64,000 nt of DNA from Eledone cirrhosa (GCA_964016885.1 OZ024759.1:35402001-35466000), one strand, 5' to 3'; numbered from the stretch's first letter, positions 15,912 to 30,400 are shown. Translations and numbers: made by a program. Notes: generated from the sequence alone by a model not told the origin.

Positions 15912-16690
15912 AAGTGTCTTGATGTGTTGTTTCCTTGAGCAAGACACTTTATTTCACATTGCTCCAGTTTACTCAACGGTAGAAATGAGATGATAGGGAC
16001 TGGGGTACCTATCATTCCACTGCAAAATGGTTGTGGAGGTGCCACGGCAAAAAAAAAAGCAGCCAGCACTCACTGTAAATGAGGTTGGTGTTAGGAAGGG
16101 CATCCAGCTGTAGAAATCAAGCCAGAATCAGTTCCCGTCCCACCCTGGTAAGCAGGGAAAAGTGGACATAAAATGAAATGAAATGAAAGTAAGTGTACAA
16201 ACCAATCAAGGAGGAGAGACAGGAGATTAGTTGTGAGAATTATAAGCCAGCAATGAAGAGGACAGTGTACTCAATACATATTAAGTGCAAGACAAGCGAA
16301 CAATGACACTAAGCACGAGAAATAAATGTCAGGCATATATATAAACACCCACAAAATTGTTAACCATGTTGCCAACAACAACCCTGAGTGCCTTTTCGAT
16401 TTCCATGTGTCTAACACACGTGGACATGCCCACAAAGTAAGAAAACAGCACAGTTCCCATGACTTTCGGAAACATTTTTTCACGCTCAGAGTTGCTGAAG
16501 CATGGAACAAACTACCTGCATCAGTTGTTAGCTGTCGAGACACTGCATCCTTTAAGGCCTCCATGCTTCCCGAGATCCACCAACACTACAGCTAACACAT
16601 ACAAACATGTACTTCCCTGGCATTTGTGTATTATTCTATGTACTATATTGACGAGTTGTAGTGCACCTGAGCACTTTACACAATAATTTC

Positions 16691-16764
<74 letters not shown>

Positions 16765-19700
16765 CACTAGCTTTCAGATGCTCAGCCATAAATGAAATAT
16801 AATCCATTAGGAGTGTATATATACATACAATAGGTGATAGGGTCTCTTCCATTGACTATCCTTATACATAATTGTTGGCTACTAACCAGGAAATATGACC
16901 TGCTGCAGTTCTCATTAGTCTCTTTGTATTTCCATCTATCTATGTATATACATCATTATATATATATATACACCATTATATATATATATACACCATTATA
17001 TATATATATACACCATTATATATATATATACACCATTATATATATATATACACCATTATATATATATATACACCATTATATATATATATACACCATTATA
17101 TATATATATACACCATTATATATATATATATACCATTATATATATATATATACACCATTATATATATATATACACCATTATATATATATATATACACCAT
17201 TATATATATATATACACCATTATATATATATATACACCATTATATATATATATACACCATTATATATATATATACACCATTATATATATATATACACCAT
17301 TATATATATATATACACCATTATATATATATATACACCATTATATATATATATACACCATTATATATATATATATACACCATTATATATATATATACACC
17401 ATTATATATATATATATACCATTATATATATATATATATACACCATTATATATATATATACACCATTATATATATATATATACACCATTATATATATATA
17501 TACACCATTATATATATATATACACCATTATATATATATATATATACACCATTATATATATATATATACACCATTATATATATATATACACCATTATATA
17601 TATATATATACCATTATATATATATATACGGTAGTCACGGAATAGGCAGACCTAGAAAAACCTGGGACGAGCTGATAAACTCCGACATCACACACTTACA
17701 CCTCTCCAAGACAATGTCACTGGACCGAGACCTTTGGCGGTACTCAGTAACAGAGAAGACCCGCCTTACCTAAATATATAGTAAAACCTACTCCAGCCAG
17801 TAGGCATCTCTAACAAATACACCCCGTCCCACCACCCCCACCCGATCCACACCACCCCGTTCTATGTAAAGTTATGTTGGTGCCGCGCCATCGAGGCCGA
17901 AACAAATGAGATCGTGTAGGTGTCACGACAAAAAAACACACAGTCCACGCTGTAATGTGGCCGTGTAGGCAACACGGTAAAAACCTCCCAGACCCACACT
18001 GTAAATGTGGTTGGTGTTAGGAAGGGCATCCAACTGTAGAAAACCTGCCAGACAGTCCTATGCGAGCAAGACAATCACTCTTGCCTCAAGTGGGACTACC
18101 CCCGTCCAAACCCATGCAAGCGTGGAACACGGACGTTAAACGTTGATGATGATGATGATGATGATGATATATACACCATTATATATATATATATATATAT
18201 ACCATTATATATATATATATATACACCATTATATATATATATATACACCATTATATATATATATATACACCATTATATATATATATACATATATAATGAT
18301 GATAGGTTATCTTTGCCTTTCATCCTTACGGGGTCGATAAAATAAAGTACCAGTCATACACTGGGATAATTGTTGGCCTTGTGCCAAATGTAGAAACAAT
18401 TATATATATATATATATATATTTGTGTACCACCACCATTACCCCCACCACCACCACACTATATACCCAGTGACCACTACACCACCACCACCACCACACTA
18501 TAACCCCAGTGACCACTACACCACCACCACCACCACACTATAACCCCAGTGACCACTACACCACCACCACCACCACCGCACTATAACCCCAGTGACCACT
18601 ACACCACCACCACCGCACTATAACCCCAGTGACCACTACACCACCACCACCACCACACTATAACCCCAGTGACCACTACACCACCACCACACTATAACCC
18701 CAGTGACCACTACACCACCACCACCACCACACTATAACCCCAGTGACCACTACACCACCACCACCACACTATAACCCGTGACCACTACACCCCCACCCCC
18801 ACACTATAACCCCAGTGACCACCACCACCACACTATATACCCCAGTGACCACTACATCACCACCACTACACCACCACCACCACCACACTATAACCTCAGT
18901 GACCACTACACCACCACCACCACCACCCTATATACCCCAGTGACCACTACACCACCACACTATATACCCGTGACCACTACACCCCCACCACCACCACCAC
19001 ACTATAACCCCAGTGACCCCTACACCACCCCCACTACACCCCCACCCCCTTATATACCCCAGTGACCACTACACCACCACCACCACACTATATACCCCAG
19101 TGACCACTACACCCCCACCCCACCACCACCACCACACTATAACCCCAGTGACCACTACACCACCACCATACTATAACCCCAGTGACCACTACACCACCAC
19201 CACCACCACCACACTATAACCCCAGTGACCCCTACACCACCCCCACTACACCACCACCACCACCACTACCACACTATAACCCCAGTGACCACTACACCAC
19301 CACCACCACCACACTATAACCCCAGTGACCACTACACCACCACCACCACCACCACACTATAACCCCAGTGACCACTACACCACCACCACCACACTATATC
19401 CCCAGTGACCACTACACCACCACCACCACACTATATCCCCAGTGACCACTACACCACCACCACCACCACACTATAACCCCAGTGACCACTACACCACCAC
19501 CACCACACTATATCCCCAGTGACCACTACACCACCACCACCACACTATATCCCCAGTAACCACTACACCACCACCACACTATAACCCCAGTGACCACTAC
19601 ACCACCACCACCACCACCACACTATAACCCCAGTGACCACTACACCACCACCACCACACTATATCCCCAGTGACCACTACACCACCACCACCACACTATA

Positions 19701-22700
19701 TCCCCAGTGACCACTACACCACCACCACCACCACACTATAACCCCAGTGACCACTACACCACCACCACCACCACCACACTATAACCCCAGTGACCACTAC
19801 ACCACCACCACCACACTATATCCCCAGTGACCACTACACCACCACCACCACACTATATCCCCTGTGACCACTACACCACCACCACCACCACACTATAACC
19901 CCAGTGACCACTACACCACCACCACCACCACCACACTATAACCCCAGTGACCACTACACCACCACCACCACACTATATCCCCAGTGACCACTACACCACC
20001 ACCACCACACTATATCCCCAGTGACCACTACACCACCACCACCACCACACTATAACCCCAGTGACCACTACACCACCACCACCACCACCACACTATAACC
20101 CCAGTGACCACTACACCACCACCACCACACTATATCCCCAGTGACCACTACACCACCACCACCACACTATATCCCCAGTGACCACTACACCACCACCACC
20201 ACCACACTATAACCCCAGTGACCACTACACCACCACCACCACCACCACACTATAACCCCAGTGACCACTACACCACCACCACCACCACCACCACACTATA
20301 ACCCCAGTGACCACTACACCACCACCACCACACTATATCCCCAGTGACCACTACACCACCACCACCACACTATATCCCCAGTGACCACTACACCACCACC
20401 ACCACCACACTATAACCCCAGTGACCACTACACCACCACCACCACACTATAACCCCAGTGACCACTACACCACCACCACCACACTATATCCCCAGTGACC
20501 ACTACACCACCACCACCACCACACTATAACCCCAGTGACCACTACACCACCACCACCACACTATAACCCCAGTGACCACTACACCACCACCACCACACTA
20601 TATCCCCAGTAACCACTATACCACCACCACCACCACACTATAACCCCAGTGACCACTACACCACCACCACCACCACCACACTATAACCCCAGTGACCACT
20701 ACACCACCACCACCACACTATATCCCCAGTGACCACTACACCACCACCACCACCACACTATAACCCCAGTGACCACTACACCACCACCACCACACTATAA
20801 CCCCAGTGACCACTACACCACCACCACCACCACACTATAACCCCAGTGACCACTACACCACCACCACCACCACCACACTATAACCCCAGTGACCACTACA
20901 CCACCACCACCACACTATATCCCCAGTGACCACTACACCACCACCACCACACTATATCCCCAGTGACCACTACACCACCACCACCACCACACTATAACCC
21001 CAGTGACCACTACACCACCACCACCACACTATAACCCCAGTGACCACTACACCACCACCACCACACTATATCCCCAGTGACCACTACACCACCACCACCA
21101 CCACACTATAACCCCAGTGACCACTACACCACAACCACCACACTATAACCCCAGTGACCACTACACCACCACCACCACACTATATCCCCAGTGACCACTA
21201 CACCACCACCACCACCACACTATAACCCCAGTGACCACTACACCACCACCACCACCACACTATAACCCCAGTGACCACTACACCACCACCACCACCACCA
21301 CACTATAACCCCAGTGACCACTACACCACCACCACCACACTATATCCCCAGTGACCACTACACCACCACCACCACACTATATCCCCAGTGACCACTACAC
21401 CACCACCACCACCACACTATAACCCCAGTGACCACTACACCACCACCACCACACTATAACCCCAGTGACCACTACACCACCACCACCACACTATATCCCC
21501 AGTGACCACTACACCACCACCACCACCACACTATAACCCCAGTGACCACTACACCACCACCACCACACTATAACCCCAGTGACCACTACACCACCACCAC
21601 CACACTATATCCCCAGTGACCACTACACCACCACCACCACCACACTATAACCCCAGTGACCACTACACCACCACCACCACACTATAACCCCAGTGACCAC
21701 TACACCACCACCACCACACTATATCCCCAGTGACCACTACACCACCACCACCACCACACTATAACCCCAGTGACCACTACACCACCACCACCACACTATA
21801 ACCCCAGTGACCACTACACCACCACCACCACACTATATCCCCAGTGACCACTACACCACCACCACCACCACACTATAACCCCAGTGACCACTACACCACC
21901 ACCACCACACTATAACCCCAGTGACCACTACACCACCACCACCACACTATATCCCCAGTGACCACTACACCACCACCACCACCACACTATAACCCCAGTG
22001 ACCACTACACCACCACCACCACACTATAACCCCAGTGACCACTACACCACCACCACCACCACACTATAACCCCAGTGACCACTACACCACCACCACCACA
22101 CTATAACCCCAGTGACCACTACACCACCACCACCACACTATATCCCCAGTGACCACTACACCACCACCACCACCACCACACTATAACCCCAGTGACCACT
22201 ACACCACCACCACCACACTATAACCCCAGTGACCACTACACCACCACCACCACACTATATCCCCAGTGACCACTACACCACCACCACCACCACACTATAA
22301 CCCCAGTGACCACTACACCACCACCACCACACTATATCCCCAGTGACCACTACACCACCACCACCACCACACTATAACCCCAGTGACCACTACACCACCA
22401 CCACCACACTATAACCCCAGTGACCACTACACCACCACCACCACCACACTATAACCCCAGTGACCACTACACCACCACCACCACCACACTATAACCCCAG
22501 TGACCACTACACCACCACCACCACACTATAACCCCAGTGACCACTACACCACCACCACCACACTATATCCCCAGTGACCACTACACCACCACCACCACCA
22601 CACTATATCCCCAGTGACCACTACACCACCACCACCACCACACTATAACCCCAGTGACCACTACACCACCACCACCACCACACTATAACCCCAGTGACCA

Positions 22701-25700
22701 CTACACCACCACCACCACCACACTATAACCCCAGTGACCACTACACCACCACCACCACCACACTATAACCCCAGTGACCACTACACCACCACCACCACCA
22801 CACTATAACCCCAGTGACCACTACACCACCACCACCACCACACTATAACCCCAGTGACCACTACACCACCACCACCACCACACTATAACCCCAGTGACCA
22901 CTACACCACCACCACCACACTATAACCCCAGTGACCACTACACCACCACCACCACCACACTATAACCCCAGTGACCACTACACCACCACCACCACCACAC
23001 TATAACCCCAGTGACCACTACACCACCACCACCACCACACTATAACCCCAGTGACCACTACACCACCACCACCACACTATAACCCCAGTGACCACTACAC
23101 CACCACCACCACACTATATCCCCAGTGACCACTACACCACCACCACCACCACACTATATCCCCAGTGACCACTACACCACCACCACCACACTATAACCCC
23201 AGTGACCACTACACCACCACCACCACCACACTATAACCCCAGTGACCACTACACCACCACCACCACACTATAACCCCAGTGACCATATTGCTATGTTTCT
23301 CTATAACTCCAGGTGCAGAAGAACACAACAGACCCAGTGTACAAAGAACGTTTCCTGTTCAACGTGGAACAGGCCCAGCTGGAGTCGAAGATCATCCAGT
23401 TCCAAGTGTTTTCTGTTGATAAATACGCCAGACATAAAGTGATTGGTGAAAGTGAGATTAAAATGGGAGACATTGATTTAAGGTTACCCATTAAGATGTG
23501 GTTGAACCTCCGAGATTTAGATGAGGTAAGTTATAGCAGTCTTAGCATGGCCTACTGGTTAACTTGATGGTAGATTACACCCACAGACACAGAGGGTCTA
23601 CAGACACATAGGGTCCACAGTCATATAGATCCCACTGACACATAGGGTCCACAGACACATAGGGTCCACAGACACATAGGGTCCACAGACACTTAAGGCC
23701 CACAAGCACATAGGGCCCACAGGCACATCATGTTCACAGGCACAGAGGGTCTACAGACACATAGGGTCCACAGTCATATAGATCCCACAGACACATAGGG
23801 TCCACGGACACTTAAGGCCCACAAGCACATGGGGCCCACAGGCATATAGGGTCTATAGACACATGCGGCCCACAGACACATAGGGTCCACAGATAAATAG
23901 GGCTCACAAACACATGGGCTCCCAGTCATATAGAACCCACAGATGCATAGGGCCCACAGACACATAAGGCCCACAGTCCTATAGGGCCCAGACACATATA
24001 GAGTCTCGAGCACATAGGGCCCACAGGCACCTAAGGCTTGTGTACACATAAAGCAGAGAGGTACATGCGGCCCACAAGGACATGAGGTCCAGGTGCACAA
24101 AGGGGCCTATAAGTATATAAGGCCCACAATCACACAAGGCCTACAAGTACAGAAAGCCCACAAATATATGAGGATCAGCTGAAAAGTTCAGGAGGACATG
24201 AAACCCAGTTAAACAAAGGGGCCTATGAGTTTATAAGGCCTACAAGATTATGAGGGTCAACTGAAAAGTTCCTAATGAGAACCATTCTCCATCTATTACC
24301 TTAAGATATCCTAATTACAATAACCCCCCCCCCCCCCCCCCACAAACACCAACTTAGCTGTAAATTATATCAACACCTTTAAACAGGTGAAACAAAACCT
24401 CAGGTCAATTAATTAATTCCTACCTATTTCTAATTCCAGAGACATGCAGAGTTTGGTGACATCATGTTTTCCTTGAGTTATCTTCCCACGGCTGAACGTT
24501 TAACTATAGTGATTGTGAAGGCTCGTAACTTGAAGTGGGGGTCAATCAAAGAGAGTGGAGGTAAGCCCTTCTAATTCTTACAAATTATATATATATATAT
24601 ATACTATCTCTCTCTCTCTCTCGTCATCATCATCATCATCATCATTGTTTAACATCTATCTTCCACACTAGCATGGGTTAGACGGGAGTTGTCCCAATTT
24701 GAGGCAAGGTTGGTCGGGTGACCGTGTCTCGCTTGTATAGGACTATCTGGCAGGTTTTCTACGGCTGAATGCCCTTCCTAACACCAACCACATTTACAGT
24801 GTGGAACTGGGAACTTTTTACCGTGTTACCTACACGGCCACATTACAGCGTGGACTGTTTTGTTTTTTTGTCATGACACCTACACGATCTCGATCTCATT
24901 ATCTCATTAATTAGGACTGGATGTTGTGGTAACAACTTTACAGAGATAGGGTGGTGTTGATGGGAGTGGGAAGATGGAGTAGGGTTAGTAGATTGGGGTG
25001 TTATATATATATATAAAATAATAATAATAATGAAATTATTATGTACAGTGCTCAGGTGCACCCCAATTCGTCAAAGACGCATGTATAGTACATAGAATAA
25101 TGTACAAATGTCAGGGAAGTGAACAGTGTATGAGTCATGATATACATGTGTGCGTGTGTATGGAGGAGGGGACATCAGGTGTAGTGTTGGCGAATCTCAG
25201 GAAGCATGGAGTTTTTAAAGGATGCAGTGTCTGGACAGCTAACAACTGATGGAGGGAGTTTGTTCCATGGAGTTTTTAAAGGATGCAGTGTCTGGACAGC
25301 TAACAACTGATGGAGGGAGTTTGTTCCATGGAGTTTTTAAAGGATGCAGTGTCTGGACAGCTAACAACTGATGGAGGGAGTTTGTTCCATGGAGTTTTTA
25401 AAGGATGCAGTGTCTGGACAGCTAACAACTGATGGAGGGAGTTTGTTCCATGGAGTTTTTAAAGGATGCAGTGTCTCGACAGCTAACAACTGATGCAGGC
25501 AGTTTGTTCCATGGAGGTTTTAAAGGATGCAGTGTCTCGACAGCTAACAACTGATGCAGGTAGTTTGTTCCATGGAGGTTTTAAAGGATGCAGTGTCCCG
25601 ACAGCTAACAACTGATGCAGGTAGTTTGTTCCATGGAGGTTTTAAAGGATGCAGTGTCTCGACAGCTAACAACTGATGCATGTAGTTTGTTCCATGGAGG

Positions 25701-27751
25701 TTTTAAAGGATGCAGTGTCTCGACAGCTAACAACTGATGCAGGTAGTTTGTTCCATGGAGGTTTTAAAGGATGCAGTGTCTCGACAGCTAACAACTGATG
25801 CATGTAGTTTGTTCCATGCTTTAGCAACTCAGACCATGAAAAAATGTTTCCGAAAGTCATGGGAGCTGTGCTGTTTTCTGACTTTGTAGGCATGTCCACG
25901 TGTGTTAGACAGATGGAATTCAAAAAGGTGCTCGGGGTCGTTGTTGGCAAGATATAGCTTATGTAGTGGTAAACAACTGGGAGGTTATATCTGTAATAAG
26001 TAGAGCACTCAGTCGGGAGTTTGGTACAGAGTTAGTTCCACAACATATTACCATTTGTGGAACTAACTCTCCTTCTCTCTTACTCTCTTTATATATAAAC
26101 TTTGTTTTCAAATCCATATCACATTCAATAATAAATTTTTTCTGATGATTGAAGACAGACATAAGTGTCAAACCATTGGTAAATGAATTAATTCTCTTAT
26201 GTTATTTATTACATAACTATATATATATATATATATATACATACTATATTACTATCTTAGTGTGATTACAATATAAATGTGTGTAGAGATGTAGCAGTGA
26301 AGTCTTTCATGCCTTTCCTTCTGTTGTAGATCCATTTGTGAAAGTCTATCTACTTCAAAATGGTAAGAAAATCAACAAGAAGAGAACGACAGTGAAACGC
26401 TCTGAAACTAATCCTATCTTCAACGAAGCCATGATATTTTCTGTGCCAGCATCAACACTGTCGGTGCGTATACACATATATATATATACACACACACACG
26501 TATATATACACACACACACATATATATATACACACATTTATATACACACACACATATATATACACACACACACATATATATATACACACACACATATATA
26601 TATACACACACATATATATACACACATACACATATATATATATATACACACACATATATATACACACATACACACATATATACACACACACACATATATA
26701 TATACACACACACATATATACACACACACACATATATACATACACACACACATATATACATACACACACACATATATACATACACACACACACATATATA
26801 TATATTAATTCAAATATGCACATTTCAAAAATAAATATCATCCCATGATGATATTTGTTTTTGAAATGCACATAATAAAATACTTGGAACTCTTTTAACC
26901 ATCTTTTGATCTTATATTATATATCATTTCATTTTACGTCCGCTTTTCCCTGCTTGCAAGGGTGGGACGGGAACTGATTCTGGCATGATTTCTACAGCTG
27001 GATGCCCTTCCTAACACCAACCTCATTTACAGTGAGTGCTGGGTGCTTTTTTGCCGTGGCACCTCCACGACCACTTTACAGTGGAATGATAGGGACCTCA
27101 GTCCCTATCATCTCATTTCTACAGCTGAGTAAACTGGAGCAATGTGAAATAAAGTCTCTTGCTCAAGGAAACAACACATCACCCGGTCTGAGAATTGAAC
27201 TCACAACCTTTCGATTGCAAGGCCAATGCTCTAACCACTAAGCCATATGCCTCCATCTATATATATATATACACACACACACACATATATATATAATAAT
27301 AATAATGAAATTATTGTGTAAAGTGCTCAGGTGCACTACAACTCGTCAAAGGTGTATGTATAGTACATAGAATAATACACAAATGTCAGGGAAGTACATG
27401 TGTGTATGTGTTAGCTGTAGTGTTGGCGGATCTCGGGAAGCATGGAGGCCTTAAAGGATGCAGTGTCTCGACAGCTAACAACTGATGCAGGTAGTTTGTT
27501 ATATACACACACACACACTAAAAAACTGCTTCTAAATGTTTTTTTTTTTTTCTTCTTCATATTTTTTCTCCTCCTCCCAGACTGTCCAACTCCGTATCAC
27601 AGTAGCAGAAGTAATGTCAGACAGCAGAACACCATCTCTGGGTCATGTGATTGTTGGTAACAACACCTCAGGGACAGAACTATCACACTGGAATCAAATG
27701 ATCACTTCTCTTCGCAAACCTGTTGCAATGTGGCACAATTTAAGAAAATAA
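7337..27751 (+). CDS. SYT12: Synaptotagmin-12-like protein, spliced: join(7337..7504,11157..11316,12762..12897,14476..14605,23313..23525,24440..24560,26330..26463,27581..27751), 410 aa
   Basis: Eight exons with canonical AG/GT ends and matching phases (0,1,2,0,0,1,0) give 1233 nt. Architecture is N-terminal TM helix, linker, C2A, C2B. The C2B segments [48 protein letters not shown] and [17 protein letters not shown] closely match vertebrate SYT12 as recalled. Confidence 0.9.
7636..8700. repeat. 34-bp minisatellite, about 31 copies
   Basis: Unit ggcatacaactgtagacacagac(a/t)agtcataga(c/t). Confidence 0.95.
11157..11316 (+). CDS. SYT12: SYT12-like exon 2 (linker)
   Basis: ttacag acceptor, encodes [19 protein letters not shown]...PSTSI, donor GTAAGT at 11317. 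Confidence 0.85.
12459..12497 (+). ncRNA. Minimal type I hammerhead ribozyme motif
   Basis: tgaac-CTGAAGA-ttgc-GAA-AGcATgaaaGTaCT-T|gttca. Lies within a segment bounded by about 25-bp inverted repeats (12415-12440 and 12591-12616). Confidence 0.6.
12762..12897 (+). CDS. SYT12: SYT12-like exon 3 (linker and start of C2A)
   Basis: ttttccttcag acceptor, encodes [45 protein letters not shown], donor GTAAGT at 12898. Confidence 0.88.
12946..13630 (-). mobile_element. RTE-type LINE fragment with an internal 70-bp tandem array (about 6 copies)
   Basis: Minus-strand translation [19 protein letters not shown]...[14 protein letters not shown] is typical of RTE ORF C-termini. Confidence 0.75.
14476..14605 (+). 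CDS. SYT12: SYT12-like exon 4 (C2A)
   Basis: ctcccccag acceptor, encodes [43 protein letters not shown], donor GTAAGT. Confidence 0.9.
15062..15373. repeat. 104-bp tandem repeat x3
   Basis: tgtaaagggtcgtaactc recurs at 15062, 15166 and 15270. Confidence 0.9.
15622..15670 (-). ncRNA. Type I hammerhead ribozyme motif, with an inverted degenerate copy immediately 3'
   Basis: gcttc-CTGATGA-tttctcccgaat-GAA-ACAG-ttctagtc-CTGT-A|gaagc. Confidence 0.7.
16343..16706 (+). mobile_element. CR1-type LINE 3' fragment
   Basis: Encodes NTRGHAHKV...[17 protein letters not shown] and has an (ATT)n tail. Same family as 50890-51870. Confidence 0.8.
16945..17628. repeat. Compound (CACCAT(TA)n) minisatellite
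   Basis: Units of about 20 bp, directly visible. Recurs at 18168-18290. Confidence 0.9.
18430..23285. repeat. About 4.9-kb variable-unit minisatellite in SYT12 intron 4
   Basis: Unit ccccagtgaccacta(cac)n-actata(a/t), mostly 37-43 bp. Confidence 0.95.
23313..23525 (+). CDS. SYT12: SYT12-like exon 5 (C2A)
   Basis: Encodes [16 protein letters not shown]...[15 protein letters not shown]...WLNLRDLDE, donor GTAAGT at 23526. Confidence 0.92.
24440..24560 (+). CDS. SYT12: SYT12-like exon 6 (start of C2B)
   Basis: Encodes [40 protein letters not shown], donor GTAAGC at 24561. Confidence 0.92.
25020..25950 (-). mobile_element. CR1-type LINE 3' fragment with an internal 61-bp tandem array (about 10 copies)
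   Basis: Reverse complement of the 51490-51870 region, with the [21 protein letters not shown] segment reiterated. Confidence 0.85.
26330..26463 (+). CDS. SYT12: SYT12-like exon 7 (C2B with polybasic stretch)
   Basis: Encodes [45 protein letters not shown], donor GTGCGT. Confidence 0.92.
26926..27256 (-). mobile_element. tRNA-derived SINE
   Basis: Minus-strand A box TGGCTTAGTGG and B box GAGTTCAATTC, a conserved body (TTCCTTGAGCAAGA) and an (ATGAA/TGA) tail. Partial copies at 4226-4295, 15912-16186, 51920-52213 and 61055-61308. Confidence 0.75.
27581..27751 (+). CDS. SYT12: SYT12-like terminal coding exon
   Basis: Long pyrimidine tract then CAG. Encodes [26 protein letters not shown]...WHNLRK followed by a stop. 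Confidence 0.92.
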   Translation, partial: TVQLRITVAEVMSDSRTPSLGHVIVGNNTSGTELSHWNQMITSLRKPVAMWHNLRK

Positions 27752-28862
27752 ACTTTTAAAGCAATTTTTTTTTTTCTGAAAATATTTTTCCCCCCTTATT
27801 TTATTATTTTTTTTTTTTACTATTTCTTCCTGTGTTTGGTGTTGCTGTTGTTGTTGTGTTCAGACTGGAGCAATTCTATCTTCCTGTGGTTGCTGTTGTG
27901 TCCAGACTGGAGCAATTCTATCTTCCTGTGGTTGTTGTTGTGTCCAGACTGGAGCAATTCTATCTTCCTGTTGTCTCAGAACTACTACTACTACTACTAC
28001 TACAACAGTCTATCATTTGTTCTGTTCATCGATACAAAACAAACAAAAAAAACATTTATACCCAACCAAAATGTCAACCAGTTGAAACACCTTTTGTTCT
28101 TTAACTTAAAATGGAAGGAACTATTTTTAATGAGACAACACTTCCATATCTCTTTAATTATTTAATTAAGCAGTTCTCTAACCCTTTCACGACAGCATTT
28201 CTAATGAAATACACTCTATCTTAATTAATTAAAATAGGAACCCTGTATTTCAATTAATTAATGAAGAATTTTGAGGGATTTACTAAAATTATTATTTCAT
28301 TACTAATCAATATCTTAATGTAAGGTTCTTATATAAAATTATGTTGGAAGATTTTAATTTAAATTGGAAACCTTTAAAATGGGGAGTTTTATTTCATAGG
28401 ACCAGAGCTGGTTTTGGCTGGGTTAGTAACTAAAAGATTATTGAACCTCATTCTATTATTCAGTTTGATGAGAAATTCCTCAACAAATGATGTTCGTTTA
28501 TTCATATTGACGGGAAATTCCTTAATGAATGTCAATCATTTATTTACCTCGTTAAGAAGTTACTTAACAAACTTCATTCATAAATTTCATTCATTTTATA
28601 TGGTTAAAAAATTTCTTAACAAATTCAATCTATTTAAGAATTTAGTTATATAATTATTTACCTTGTTAAGAAAATATTTAATGAAGTTCATTCATTTATT
28701 TATATGAATGAGAAAAAATTCATTCACAAATTTCGTTTATATATTTAAATGGTTAAACATTTTTTAACAAATTTTATCTCGTTATGAATTTCGTTCTGGA
28801 ATTCCTTAACGAACTAATCACACAAATATATTAAATTTAATTAATTTCTCTATTTCATGGCA

Positions 28863-28920
28863 AATAAAGCTCATTTTTTTTCTGATTTTTAATTTTTAAT
28901 TTTATTTATTTTAAAATAAA
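28863..28920 (+). terminator. Candidate polyadenylation signals of the SYT12-like gene
   Basis: AATAAA at 28863 and 28915, at the end of about 1.1 kb of AT-rich, largely non-microsatellite sequence after the stop. The region is AT-rich, so chance hits are possible. Confidence 0.4.
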
Positions 28921-29131
28921 GATGTTTATATATCCTCCTGGTAATATATAGGCGAAGTTGAGCCTAACAAGGGGATCCAGCCATAGAAACCAAACCAAAA
29001 TGAGTTCTGTAGGAATACGAGCAAGACACGATCACCTGGCTTGTCACAACAATAGGGCCGCTCATCTAACCCATACTAGCATGGAAAATAGACGTTAAAT
29101 GATGATGGTGGTGATGATGATATATATATAC

Positions 29132-29170
<39 letters not shown>

Positions 29171-29342
29171 CATATCTATATCGATATCTATTTAGGGCAG
29201 GTATATATATCATCATCTCATCATCATCTTCGTTTAACGTCCATCTTCCACGCTAGCATATATGTGTATATATATATGTGTATATATATATATATGTGTA
29301 TATATATATATATGTGTATATATATATATGTGTATATATATA

Positions 29343-29411
<69 letters not shown>

Positions 29412-29576
29412 ATATATATATATATGTGTATATATATATATGTGTATATATATATATATGTGTATATATATATATATGTGTATATATATATATGTGTATA
29501 TATATATATGTGTATATATATATATGTGTATATATATATATGTGTATATATATATATGTGTATATATATATATGTG

Positions 29577-29627
<51 letters not shown>

Positions 29628-29865
29628 ATATATATATATGTGTATATATATATATGTGTATATATATATATATATATGTGTGTGTATATATATATATATG
29701 TGTGTATATATATATGTGTGTATATATATATGTGTGTATATATATATATGTGTGTATATATATATATGTGTGTATATATATATATGTGTGTATATATATA
29801 TATATGTGTGTATATATATATATATGTGTGTGTATATATATATATATATGTGTGTATATATATAT

Positions 29866-29907
<42 letters not shown>

Positions 29908-30002
29908 GTAAAAGGTAAACAGAAATAACAACACAATCGGTACAGTATATAGAAGGGATATATTAGGTTAACGCTTGATATATTGATATAGCAGGAAGAG
30001 GG

Positions 30003-30038
30003 TCTTAACGTTTCAGACGCTAGTCCTTCATCAGAAGA
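30003..30038 (-). ncRNA. Minimal type I hammerhead motif
   Basis: tctt-CTGATGA-a-ggac-tagc-gtct-GAA-ACGT-T|aaga. Stem III is loopless and palindromic, so it would need a dimer. Confidence 0.55.
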
Positions 30039-30322
30039 AAGAATGAGAAATAAAATAGATTGAGGGGATGGGTGGGTTGGAATTGGAAAAAATGTCTTTA
30101 GATAAAAATAACAGGTCCATATATATATATCTATATATATATAGAATTTAGTATATCTACTAACATATGCGTACAGATGTACGCTAATGCTAGCAAATAC
30201 ATAGGTTATGTCATAGTACCTAGGTGGTTCAATGCAGGAGGATGCAGAACAATAATATAAAAGACGTAAAATAAGAACATTTTTAAAAAATTAAAAAAAT
30301 TAACTTACTTACTAAAATTTTC

Positions 30323-30400
30323 ACTCCAATTAGTTTCTGCAATGGGAGAAAGACAGTTACGTAATATAACTGTCGAGAATTCATTGCGTCATCAGGGAGT
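30323..30400 (-). ncRNA. Type I hammerhead motif with long stem II
   Basis: actcc-CTGATGA-c-gcaatg..gacagtta..taactgtc..cattgc-a-GAA-ACTAAT-T|ggagt. Confidence 0.62.

Noticed and set aside
26126-26185. CTGATGA...AAACCATTGGTA hammerhead-like motif
   Set aside because: The GAAA box is broken and stem I is unclear, so it is at best a decayed copy.
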